Assembly: GCA_965263035.1 (NCBI GenBank) | Contig: OZ253580.1 | Location: 5,792,001 to 5,856,000 of the forward strand | DNA length: 64,000 bases | Direction: 5' to 3' | From: Acidobacteriota bacterium | GTDB lineage: Bacteria; Acidobacteriota; UBA6911; RPQK01; JAJDTT01 | Shown: piece after piece, positions 9,287 through 18,503 of the stretch | Layout of the letters: each line of letters starts with the position of its first letter | Position numbering within the stretch: position 1 is the stretch's first letter | Program-made: the position numbers and the translations under genes | The notes under the pieces: generated by a model | Databases searched by the model: none | Seen by the model: only the letters and a program-made list of their open reading frames with translations | What the model was told of the DNA's origin: nothing

Positions 9287-10715
9287 ATGTCCGTTTCCTA
9301 CCGAAACCATCGCTGGCTTTCAATTCTCTTCATCCTGTTCATCTTGACCGGAATCTCACAGAGCCGGGCTGAGGTCCTGGGAGTGACGTTCCCCTACCGG
9401 GCTCCGAAGGGAGACTACGTTACCCAGCAGGACCGATACCATACCTTCCGGATCCCGGGAATGGTCGTCAGCGGCGACGGATCGATTCTGGCCTTTGCCG
9501 AAGGCCGCCGGGGCCGGGGAAGCGGTCCTCGACGCGACGAGAACGCTCCCATCGATCTGGTCCTGCGCCGCAGCACCGATCAAGGCAAGACCTGGGAGTC
9601 TGCGCGGTAGAAATGATCGTAGGGAGAAAGTGGGGAATCGAGGCCAGATTTTCTCGATTTTGAGGTGCATAGTTGTTCTATTCGCCGAGAAATCGAGGGA
9701 ATATGGACCGATTCTACCGCTTTCGCAGTAGATCAATTTCTGCGGCGCAGGCTCCTAGGAACCGATGCAGGTCATCGCTTCGGGATTCCGGCCGGACGGC
9801 GAGCTGGTGGATTTCAGCGATCCGACTCCCGTCTTCGACGCCGTGACTCAGACCGTGTTCCTATTCTACGGCCAGTGGCCGGACAAGGGTCCAACCGTGA
9901 TGGCCCCCGGCCAGAATCCTGACCCCGATGCTGCCAACCACGTGACCTGGATCCGCGCCAGCAACGACCACGGCCGAACCTGGTCCGAGCGCCGTCAAAT
10001 CGACTATCCGGATGAGCCGACCGAAACCGGCGACGGCTTCTATTGGAGGCAGGCCGAACCGGGTCCCGGCCCTGGAATCCAACTCCAATGGCAGGATCCA
10101 CAGGTCCCGCCCAACGGCCGTCTCGTGGTTCCGGCCAAGCGGTCCCGTTCCCGGACTCCCGACGGGCCAGCCACACCGGAGCCTTTCGTCTACTATTCGG
10201 ACGATCACGGAAAGACTTGGCAGGTCGGCGCCGCCACCGCCGGACCCGACGCCAACGAGGACGAGGTCATCGAACTCACCGCCGGACGGTTGTTGCTGGA
10301 TGCGCGGCAGGATCACGGCGACTTTCGACGGCGCCACATCAGTCCTGACGGCGGCCTCAGCTCGGGTCCCGATCTTTCGGACACCATCGCTCTCCCCCGG
10401 GTGGACGCATCCATGGTTCGCTATTCGGCGACCCGGGCCGGCCACGACAAAGACCGAATCCTGTTCTCGGCTCCCCAGGGTACTAACGGTCTCAACCGGA
10501 CGAGGATCACCGTCTGGACCAGTTACGACGAGGGGAAGACGTCCGTCAATCCGGTCAAGTTCAACGACGGATTCGCCGCCTATTCGGTTCTCCAGCGGTT
10601 GTCGGACGGGACCATCGGCCGCTTGGCGGAGACCTCCCAGGAGGAGGGCGTGAGATACGGCGAGATCAGTTTCCACCGTTTCGACATCGGTGAGTTGGAA
10701 AGGAGTTCCCGCTAG
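9287..10715 (+). pseudogene. Exo-alpha-sialidase (GH33-like) interrupted by a MITE
   Basis: FRIP motif, AFAEGR, Asp-boxes (STDQGKTW, SNDHGRTW, SDDHGKTW); removing 9596-9758 restores KTW-EPMQ in frame. Confidence 0.85.
9596..9754. mobile_element. 159-bp MITE with IS5-like ends
   Basis: Imperfect terminal inverted repeats GAGTCTGCGCGGTAGAAAT-GATC / GAGCCTGCGCCGCAGAAATTGATC; flanks CTGG and CTAG (4-bp duplication, 1 mismatch); no transposase. Confidence 0.85.
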
Positions 10716-11033
10716 ACACCAGGGAGACCAGACCCGAATCCGTTCAGCCAAGGTGCGGCTGAAGGTTTCTTGAACGCGGCGCCAGGTTCCGGACAGATCC
10801 ATGGATACCCTCTCCAGATCGTCAATGATGGATCGCGCCGTAGGGCCCATGCGGATGGCGTCTCATCTTCATTTTGAGGAATGGGAATGATCAACAAGAC
10901 GATAACCAATATGCAGGCCACGGCGAGTGGAAGCTGGAGGAACTGACCTCGAAAATCGAGTCCGTTCTGGTTCGATAAAGCACCCAAGAGTGACCGAAAA
11001 TAGCTTCGATTTCGTCATATCTTCAGCGACCCG

Positions 11034-12683
11034 GTGAAAAATCCGGGCATCGAAAAGGATTCCGCACCGTTCGTTGCGTCGATGGCTGTGGTGAGAAATT
11101 CTGTGGAGTTTGGGAGGCGACCGGCGGCATGTCCTGGCCAATCGCTGCGGCCTCTCTTCCGGACCGCTTACGTTGCCGCCGTTCTTTTTCCGATCCTGCT
11201 TACAGCCTGCGGTTACAGGCGGTCGGTTCTCACCCGATCGGATCGGCCCGGCCCCTCGCCGCACCGGGAGAAGGGCGTTGCAACCGAATCGGGTCCACAC
11301 TCCGAGCCCCATCTTCACGGGTGGCGAAGGACCGAGGCTCTTTTCGAAGAAGCCTACAGGACCTCACCGGACCCGGTGATCCTGGACAAGTTGCTCACCA
11401 CCCAATTTCTCATCCTGACGCGGGAAACCGAGGAGGGAATCTACGGTCCCTTCCAGGTCAAGAGGCTTTCTTCGCTCTGCTCCCGAGGGAGTTCGTCCTT
11501 TCATGAGACTCTCTGCCAATCGGGTCGAGAGCGGATGCGGCATCGCCACGGGAAATCCGTCGGCAAGGGCAGGGTCGGGGATTCAGTACGAGATCAGGAC
11601 CTGCCGGTCGAGCCCCCCCTGCTTGCGGCCTATCTCCGGTTGCTCCTCACGGAAGAACACCTGAAGTCTGATCTGTCCAAAGAAAATCCTCTGGAGGCCT
11701 TGGACCCGGACGAGACCTCTCCACTGACCCTCTATCTGGAATCGCAAGCGGGCCGACTCGAGAAGATCGAGGATCACGTGGAACGACATCCCCGGTTCGC
11801 CGAGCTGCTGTTTTACGGGGGGAACAAGCTGCTGGAGAAGGCCAGGTATACGGAAGCCATCGACTCGATGACGGAAGCCATTCGACTCGTCCCCGAGTAC
11901 ACGAAGACCATGGTCACGCTCGGTGAATTTCACCTGCGATCCCTGTATCTCTACGAACGGGCCCTCCATTATTTCGAGGACGCGCTGGGCTGGGATCCAG
12001 AAAACATTTCCGCCCTGTTCGGCCACGGCGTGGCCCTTCATCTGTTGGGACGGTACGAACTTTCCCAGCACTCCCTGGACCGCCTGCTGGAGCTGGAACC
12101 GGAGGTGTGGAACGCCATTCCCCAGGAATCACGAAAAAGTTTTCGAGCCCGGTCCTGCTACTGGAAGGCCAAGAATTATTACGCGATCGGGTCATCGGAA
12201 AAGGCAAGGGAATGGGTCGACCGAGCCTTGGCCGACTTGCCCCGCTCCGAACCGGTCCTCTATCTGTCTGGCATACTCCACTTGGAGAAAATAGAGCTCG
12301 CATCGGCTCGTTCTGTTTTTATCAAAGTCGTGGAAGGCGGCACCGAGTTATGCGATGCCTACTATCAACTGGGAGTCATCAACCAATCCCAGCCCGGACA
12401 AGACATCTTGTTCAACTTCATGAACAATGCCTATTGCCGACAGCGAAAGCTGACCAATCTGAAAGAGGAGTTGAATCGAGTCGAAGACCTGGATCTGGAC
12501 TCGACCAGGAAGGAAGAGGTGTTGGACGTCCTTCAGAATCGCCGGGACCGGCTCCGGGAAGAGACTTTCGCTTTGCTGTTCAATATGACGGAAAGAGTAG
12601 GTTCGATTGGAGAACTGGACGCGACCGTATTCCATCAAGCGATGGAGGAGTTGTGGGATCGCCTCTCCAATCCCAAGTGGTAG
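11034..12683 (+). CDS. Tetratricopeptide-repeat protein, possible lipoprotein; start uncertain
   Basis: Repeated TPR-like helices (AIRLVPEY, ALGWDPEN, ALADLPRS); LLTAC lipobox-like motif. Confidence 0.72.
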   Translation: MKNPGIEKDSAPFVASMAVVRNSVEFGRRPAACPGQSLRPLFRTAYVAAVLFPILLTACGYRRSVLTRSDRPGPSPHREKGVATESGPHSEPHLHGWRRTEALFEEAYRTSPDPVILDKLLTTQFLILTRETEEGIYGPFQVKRLSSLCSRGSSSFHETLCQSGRERMRHRHGKSVGKGRVGDSVRDQDLPVEPPLLAAYLRLLLTEEHLKSDLSKENPLEALDPDETSPLTLYLESQAGRLEKIEDHVERHPRFAELLFYGGNKLLEKARYTEAIDSMTEAIRLVPEYTKTMVTLGEFHLRSLYLYERALHYFEDALGWDPENISALFGHGVALHLLGRYELSQHSLDRLLELEPEVWNAIPQESRKSFRARSCYWKAKNYYAIGSSEKAREWVDRALADLPRSEPVLYLSGILHLEKIELASARSVFIKVVEGGTELCDAYYQLGVINQSQPGQDILFNFMNNAYCRQRKLTNLKEELNRVEDLDLDSTRKEEVLDVLQNRRDRLREETFALLFNMTERVGSIGELDATVFHQAMEELWDRLSNPKW

Positions 12684-12758
12684 ATGACATATCGTGCATG
12701 AATTGAATCGAGACTTGGCCGATGTATGCCGGCCGCTTGCAGGCTCAGGGAGGACGAG

Positions 12759-14477
12759 ATGAATCTCACGCGAAGGGAAGCCATTGCCGCCGTGATCGGC
12801 GGCGCGGCGGGGTGGGCCGCCGGTTGCGGAGCCGGCGAGACCCCCGCTCGGTCTCAAGCGAAGCTGGACCGTCTGGAAGCTGTTCGCCGGCGGCGGCGAA
12901 TCATCTTCGTGGACGACAACTACGGTCTCTCCCACGAAGGAAGCGGCACACCCGAGGGATTTCTGGCACCCCGGCTCAAGCCTCTGGTCGGAACCCAGGT
13001 CGACGCCATCACCTACGCCGTCTACGCTCACAGCCCGGCCTACATCAGCAAGGCTCGGAAAAGGCTCTACGCCGCGGCCGGGGGGACTTCGGTCACCGAC
13101 CAGGCCTGGGCCCGAAACCACAAGGCGCTGGTGGATGCGGGACACGACCCGCTGCAGTTGGTCATCGACTTCGCCCACGAAAACGGAATGGAAGCCTTCG
13201 CCCACATGAGCATGAACGACTGCCACGACAGCATCATGAGAAACCTCATGCACCCCTTCAAGAGCCAGCACCCCGAGTTGCTGGTGGACACGAAGGGGAC
13301 TCTCTCCCACCTGCAGTTGTACGTGACGGCGTACGACTTCTCCCATGAAGCCGCCCGCGACCGCCAGTTCACCATCGTCCGGGAGGTCTGCGAGGGGTTC
13401 GACGTGGACGGCTTCGAGATGGACTACTTCCGGCATCCCATGTTCTTCAGCCGCTGCATGCGCGGCGAACCGGCGACTCCGGAAGAGACGGCGATCATGA
13501 CCGGCTTCATGGCCCGGATCCGCAAGATGGCCGATGCCGCCGCCGCTCGGCGCGGGAAACCCCTGCTGCTGTCGGCTCGCGTCCCCGACACCTTCGAGCA
13601 GGCGGTCCACCTGGGCATGGACGTGGAAGCTTGGATGGCTAACGACTTGGTGGACCTGATCATCGCCGGTGGCGGATACGCCTCGAGCACTTTGGATGTC
13701 GAACACTTCGTCCAGACGGCTCGTAAACATGACGTCCGGGTCTACCCCTGCATCAACCAGAAACCATGGAGCTGCGACCCGGCCTGGTGCCGGGAAGGGA
13801 ACCGGGCGCTGGCGGCCCGCTGGCACCGGGCCGGCGCCGACGGCATCCATTTCTGGAATCTGGCCACGCCGTTCGATCCCTATTCCGTGGACACCCCGGA
13901 GGAGCTTGCCGCGACCCGTAATCGTGTCTATGCCTGTCTGAATGATGTGGGCGAGGCCGGGACGCTGGAAGGCAAGGACAAGCTCTACTGTGTAGACAGC
14001 TCGGTGTTCATCCACTACAAGCACGTTACGGTCGAGCCCCCTCTCCCGCTGCACCTGACACCCGGCCGCAGAGCAGGTTTTCCGGTGCCGCTGGGAGACG
14101 ACGTTCGGGCCGCCGCGAAAGACGACACTCTCCAGGAACTCCGGCTGGAACTGACGGTGCACGGCCACCTGCAGGAAGGCGGGTTGGAGCTGACCGTCAA
14201 CGGGGAATCCGCGGGAACAGGAGACGCGGTCCGGATCGGCTACGCCCATACCCACGAGCATCGCCACGAAGCGGACGGAAATGCGTCTCCCCACAGCCAC
14301 TATCACTTCCAGGCTCACCAGGTGACCTATCTCCTGGATGCCCTTCCACTGAATCTGGGGGACAATGAGTTGGAGCTGCTGGTTGCGACCAGCGGCGATC
14401 CATTCAAGACCGGGGGGCCGCTCCAACTGGTCAATGCCCAGCTCTGGGTGCGATTCCGGTCCGAAGACCGCGCCTGA
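12759..14477 (+). CDS. GHL10-like glycoside hydrolase (TIM barrel), Tat lipoprotein
   Basis: MNLTRREAI...AAGC signal; MNDCH, DFSHEAAR, DVDGFEMDYFR, GADGIHFWN. Confidence 0.75.
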   Translation: MNLTRREAIAAVIGGAAGWAAGCGAGETPARSQAKLDRLEAVRRRRRIIFVDDNYGLSHEGSGTPEGFLAPRLKPLVGTQVDAITYAVYAHSPAYISKARKRLYAAAGGTSVTDQAWARNHKALVDAGHDPLQLVIDFAHENGMEAFAHMSMNDCHDSIMRNLMHPFKSQHPELLVDTKGTLSHLQLYVTAYDFSHEAARDRQFTIVREVCEGFDVDGFEMDYFRHPMFFSRCMRGEPATPEETAIMTGFMARIRKMADAAAARRGKPLLLSARVPDTFEQAVHLGMDVEAWMANDLVDLIIAGGGYASSTLDVEHFVQTARKHDVRVYPCINQKPWSCDPAWCREGNRALAARWHRAGADGIHFWNLATPFDPYSVDTPEELAATRNRVYACLNDVGEAGTLEGKDKLYCVDSSVFIHYKHVTVEPPLPLHLTPGRRAGFPVPLGDDVRAAAKDDTLQELRLELTVHGHLQEGGLELTVNGESAGTGDAVRIGYAHTHEHRHEADGNASPHSHYHFQAHQVTYLLDALPLNLGDNELELLVATSGDPFKTGGPLQLVNAQLWVRFRSEDRA

Positions 14478-14495
14478 CGGGATCTTCGAGATCGG

Positions 14496-16061
14496 TTATT
14501 CGAACCAGAAAGAGAAAAGCTCCGCCTTCTCCAAGTGGAATTCCAGCCGGATCGCCTGGTCCTTGAGGGAGGCGGGATCGGTGGAACCCTCCCAGGCCAC
14601 CGTGTGATTCATGGAGTCGCCGCTGAAAGTCCGGCACCGATCGCCGGACCATTCGTCGAACCGCATGCCGTCATACTCTCCGTCGCCCCGGCGAACCGCC
14701 ACTCGGACGGAGCCTCCCTTTTCCGTCCGGGCGTTGATGTGCAGCCGCCCGCCCGGGTGACGGATGGGCCGCGTCAGCATGCTGCCCTGATCGGCAGCCT
14801 CCAACGAGACGAACCCATCCCGGCGCAGGGACGCCAAGCAGATGTGGCCGTCGCCGGGCCGGACCTCGCGGGAAATGTGCAGGCTCTCATGTCCAGTGTA
14901 GTAGAGGTCGACCCGGTCCTCGTGTTCGACGAGACCCTTGGCGACGTAGACTCTGCCCTCATCGTAGGTGCCGGCAGGCCCCGTCTCCAGGAAGATCGGA
15001 CGTTCCGGATGGCGTTGCCAGTTCCGGCCGTCTCGGCTCCAAGCGAGTTGAACGTCGATCTTCAGCTTCTTATCGACCTCACCCTCCCGCTGAAATGGTG
15101 GCCGCAAGTAGAACATGTGGAGGAACCCGAGGTAGACTCCTTGGTACCGCACGACGGGCATGCAATAGAGGGAGTAGGGATCCAGCTCATCGGGGACCAC
15201 CACATGCTCGGGCTGGCTCCAGCTGAGGAGGTCGGAGCTTTCGGAATAGGCGATGCGCCGGATCTCACCGGCATTGATGGGTGGCCTCCGGTAATACATG
15301 ACGACGCCGCGTTCGGGGTTGTAGGTCAGGTTGTTGGCGGTGTCGCTCTGGCCACGGAAGATGGGGTTCTCCTTCTGGTCGGTCCAGTGGACGCCGTCGT
15401 CGCTGAAGGCCACCCGGAGTTCCTGGCCGCCCGCGATCAATTCAGGATGGGGATCGCGGCCGGCGGGACCGCGATTGTAGATCATCAGGTACCGTCCCTG
15501 ATCCCGCCATTTGGGAGGAGTTCGGATCACGCCGACGCTGTCGAAGCTGACCTTGTCGCTCCCTTTGAAAACATTGTTGGCCTTGCTGCCGTCGACCTCC
15601 ACCAATCCAAGCTTGGGGGCGGTCCACTGGAGGCCGTCCCTGGACTCGTAGTAGCGGGCGCGGCTCAACCAGTAGAAGCCGGGTGGAGTGGGGATCTCGA
15701 CCAATACGCTGCTGGAATCCCATAAGCGGTAAAGACCGCTGTCAGGGTCTCGGAGAACGCTCACGTAGGTGACCGTCGTGTCCGGATTGAGGTCCGCAGT
15801 TCCAGTCGAGAAGAGCGGGTTGGCGCGATGTTTTTCCGGTTGATGAACTTTCCGGCGAACGGCCCGGAGGTCCTCGACCACATGGTTGTCCATCAGGAGC
15901 TGGCGTTCATGACCGATCTCCAGCGGCTGGGTGGGGAGAATGGAGTAGGAGCCCCGAATCGTCCATTGATGCTCATGCTGCGAGGCGGACAGGTTCAGGA
16001 CAACGGCCAGAAGGATCACGGCGGCGGCCGACCGGTGGCGAAACACAATATTCATTCGCAT
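14496..16061 (-). CDS. Secreted GH32-like five-bladed beta-propeller protein
   Basis: QLLMD..PEKHRANP, ESRDGLQW, SDDGVHW, WSRDGRNW, LASLRRDGFVS, LFSFWF tail; signal peptide. Confidence 0.72.
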   Translation of the reverse strand: MRMNIVFRHRSAAAVILLAVVLNLSASQHEHQWTIRGSYSILPTQPLEIGHERQLLMDNHVVEDLRAVRRKVHQPEKHRANPLFSTGTADLNPDTTVTYVSVLRDPDSGLYRLWDSSSVLVEIPTPPGFYWLSRARYYESRDGLQWTAPKLGLVEVDGSKANNVFKGSDKVSFDSVGVIRTPPKWRDQGRYLMIYNRGPAGRDPHPELIAGGQELRVAFSDDGVHWTDQKENPIFRGQSDTANNLTYNPERGVVMYYRRPPINAGEIRRIAYSESSDLLSWSQPEHVVVPDELDPYSLYCMPVVRYQGVYLGFLHMFYLRPPFQREGEVDKKLKIDVQLAWSRDGRNWQRHPERPIFLETGPAGTYDEGRVYVAKGLVEHEDRVDLYYTGHESLHISREVRPGDGHICLASLRRDGFVSLEAADQGSMLTRPIRHPGGRLHINARTEKGGSVRVAVRRGDGEYDGMRFDEWSGDRCRTFSGDSMNHTVAWEGSTDPASLKDQAIRLEFHLEKAELFSFWFE

Positions 16062-16073
16062 TGAATTCTCCCC

Positions 16074-17300
16074 TTAGAGGAACTTGTCCTGCATCGATGC
16101 GGCGACGGACCGGACCAGACGGTCTCCCGTGGTGAAGAAAATGTCCTGGATCTGTTTCCGCGTCAGCCCCAGTCGAATCGCCGCCCGTCGCATGGCCCGC
16201 AACTGCTCGTAGAGGTAGAAGGTCAGCTCTCCCCCCAGTTGGTTGGTGGTGGGGGTCAGATCCCCCCAACTGGATCCATAGAAGACAATCTTCCCTCGGG
16301 AAAAGGCCACGTCGCCCGAGTCGGCCCCGTACAGGATCCGATCCGTGTCCACCTGTGAGAAGAGCACGTCGAAGGATTCCATGGAACAGACGGCAGAGAC
16401 TTCGTACCAGACGTTGGGAAGCCCGCGGAAGGAGGGGGCGGCCTTTTCGATGGGGTACGGAGAGAAGCTGCGCGCTTCGTGAGCGAGAATCCATCGGGCT
16501 CGAGGATAGTGGTCGGCCAAACGGAGCATGTCGCTCACGTTTCTCGGGTCCGCGAAAGATTTCTTCATGCCCACGTGAAGCATGATGAGCAGTCCGTAGC
16601 GGTCGGCCACGGCGATCTGGTGCTCGGGGAGGAAATCGGTGATCCGGCATTCCGGGGTGGTGCAATACCGAGCATAAGGTTTCAGACCCAGCAAACGGTG
16701 CTTCAGGACCGTCTCCTCCACCTCATGCGCCGAGATGGACGGCTCCACCAGCATCAGGGCGGCGGACCCGGGCTCCTTCCGGATCTCTCTGCCAGCGAAT
16801 TCGTTCGATTTCCGGAAATCACACCGGTAGAAGGGGAAGGGAAACGCCAGCCGCGTGATCTGACGGCCCGGCATCAGGACGCTTTCGACTTGGCGCACCG
16901 TGTCGATATCGCAGTCGGTCCAGACAGTTTCGGTCTTGAAGTCCTCCTTTCGGGCAAGCGCCGTCCGGTAGTTCAAGTCGAAGTCGGCCCGGTAGATATG
17001 GCAATGGGCGTCGAAGATCCGCGTGGGAACAAAGTCCGAGAGTTCCTCTTCCCAGATCTGCCGGTCGAGAGGCTCCATCCTGCGGGGAACGCTTTCTCCT
17101 TCCCGCGTCCTGATGGAAGGTTTTCGGACCGAGGACTCGTCTTGGGGACTGGCGGCAACCGTCCGATTCAACTGTGCGGCGGCCAAGGCGGAGGCACCTG
17201 TGGTCAGGAAACGTCTTCGGCCGAGGCTCCGGCCGTCCGACTCGTGATTGGGTCCGGCGCCGGGTCTGATGCACGTTTCCTCTCTGGCGTGGCCCATCAC
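16074..17300 (-). CDS. Amidohydrolase family protein, Tat-exported
   Basis: GRRRFL Tat motif; FDAHCH, LGLKPY, MLH, ILAH, RILYGAD. Confidence 0.82.
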   Translation of the reverse strand: MMGHAREETCIRPGAGPNHESDGRSLGRRRFLTTGASALAAAQLNRTVAASPQDESSVRKPSIRTREGESVPRRMEPLDRQIWEEELSDFVPTRIFDAHCHIYRADFDLNYRTALARKEDFKTETVWTDCDIDTVRQVESVLMPGRQITRLAFPFPFYRCDFRKSNEFAGREIRKEPGSAALMLVEPSISAHEVEETVLKHRLLGLKPYARYCTTPECRITDFLPEHQIAVADRYGLLIMLHVGMKKSFADPRNVSDMLRLADHYPRARWILAHEARSFSPYPIEKAAPSFRGLPNVWYEVSAVCSMESFDVLFSQVDTDRILYGADSGDVAFSRGKIVFYGSSWGDLTPTTNQLGGELTFYLYEQLRAMRRAAIRLGLTRKQIQDIFFTTGDRLVRSVAASMQDKFL

Positions 17301-18391
17301 TGGTTTCGGCTACCTTCGCCGGCGGCTCCTTGCGGATCGGATTCAGGATTCTGGGGCACGACCAACAAGCCGCGATCCCGCAGTTCCCTGAAGATGGCCT
17401 CTCCCAACAGATGGTATCCATCGGGGTTGGGATGCCGGGGATCGCCGTAAAGGTCCGATTTTCCGGCGTAGATCTCGGTCAGATCCGCACAGTAGGGAAT
17501 CTGCTGGCAGCGGACCTGGGCCGCCTCGTAGTAACGGGTCAACGCCACGTGGTAGGGCGTTATGTCCGGACGCAGCCGCTGCTTCCGCTCCTCCCACATT
17601 TCTTTCTCGCGAGGTGACGGGTCGTAGCTCCCGAATCCCATGATGGGCTGCAGTACCGCCAGGTACCGGATGCCGAACTCCCCTGAGACGGCGTTCATGA
17701 TGCGCACGTTCTTCTCCCACACCTCCTCGGCCTTCATTTCGTCCGGATGCCCCCAATGTGGCTCCTGCAGGATGCCTTCCCCGAACCTCAGAAGACGGGC
17801 CAGATTGGGCAGAAACAGACTTTGGGAGGAGGCGTTCACCACATATTCCATGATCGCCTGCTGGGGATGGTTCACCATGGGAGTGGAGGGAGAGATGGAC
17901 TTGACCAGTCCCAAGTCGTTGACTCCATCCACCGAAACCACCACATGGGGATTCAGGGCCAACGCGTCCCGGATCAGCTTGATCACCTCCTGGTTGGTGG
18001 AGTAGCTGCCCACGCCCCCGTTGTAGATGCGCGCCGGGATCCCTTCACTCGCCAGGATCTCCGAGAGGGTGCCGGACCAGTGTCCTTCATTGTAGGGATC
18101 AGTGGTGGAGCCCCCCAGGGCCACGATGCGAAGCGCGCCTTCGCCCTCTCCGTCTCCGAAGACCTGGAAAGCGGGCTCAAGAGCGTAGCCCAGGTGCGGG
18201 TCCACGGCCAGGGGTCCCCGGGAGGTCCCGACGAACCCCTTCGCCAAGCGGCGATGAAACTCCTCGCCGCGAGACACGAAGAAGCCCGAGGCCGGACCGG
18301 AACCCAAGGAAAGCAGCAGCCACGCCGCGCTCTCCACGAGAAGAAGGAGAACAAATGCGACGCCGATTCCGGCGCCTAGCTTGCGGATCAT
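17297..18391 (-). CDS. SGNH/GDSL hydrolase with N-terminal membrane anchor
   Basis: IVALGGSTT, NGGVGSY, DGVND, DPRHPN motifs. Confidence 0.8.
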   Translation of the reverse strand: MIRKLGAGIGVAFVLLLLVESAAWLLLSLGSGPASGFFVSRGEEFHRRLAKGFVGTSRGPLAVDPHLGYALEPAFQVFGDGEGEGALRIVALGGSTTDPYNEGHWSGTLSEILASEGIPARIYNGGVGSYSTNQEVIKLIRDALALNPHVVVSVDGVNDLGLVKSISPSTPMVNHPQQAIMEYVVNASSQSLFLPNLARLLRFGEGILQEPHWGHPDEMKAEEVWEKNVRIMNAVSGEFGIRYLAVLQPIMGFGSYDPSPREKEMWEERKQRLRPDITPYHVALTRYYEAAQVRCQQIPYCADLTEIYAGKSDLYGDPRHPNPDGYHLLGEAIFRELRDRGLLVVPQNPESDPQGAAGEGSRNQ

Positions 18392-18503
18392 GTGAACGGC
18401 CTCCGACGGTCGGCCCATCTTGGTGGAAAATCGGAATTTATCATAGGATGGACCCGGCCGCAGGATGACCCTGTTGGTGACCGGCCGGAAAGGATACGAA
18501 TCA

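Noticed and set aside
7402-9372. Long antisense ORFs (also 12348-14426, 39230-40789, 40950-42614, 58625-59899)
   Set aside because: Stop-poor reverse frames of GC-rich genes with no recognisable motifs.
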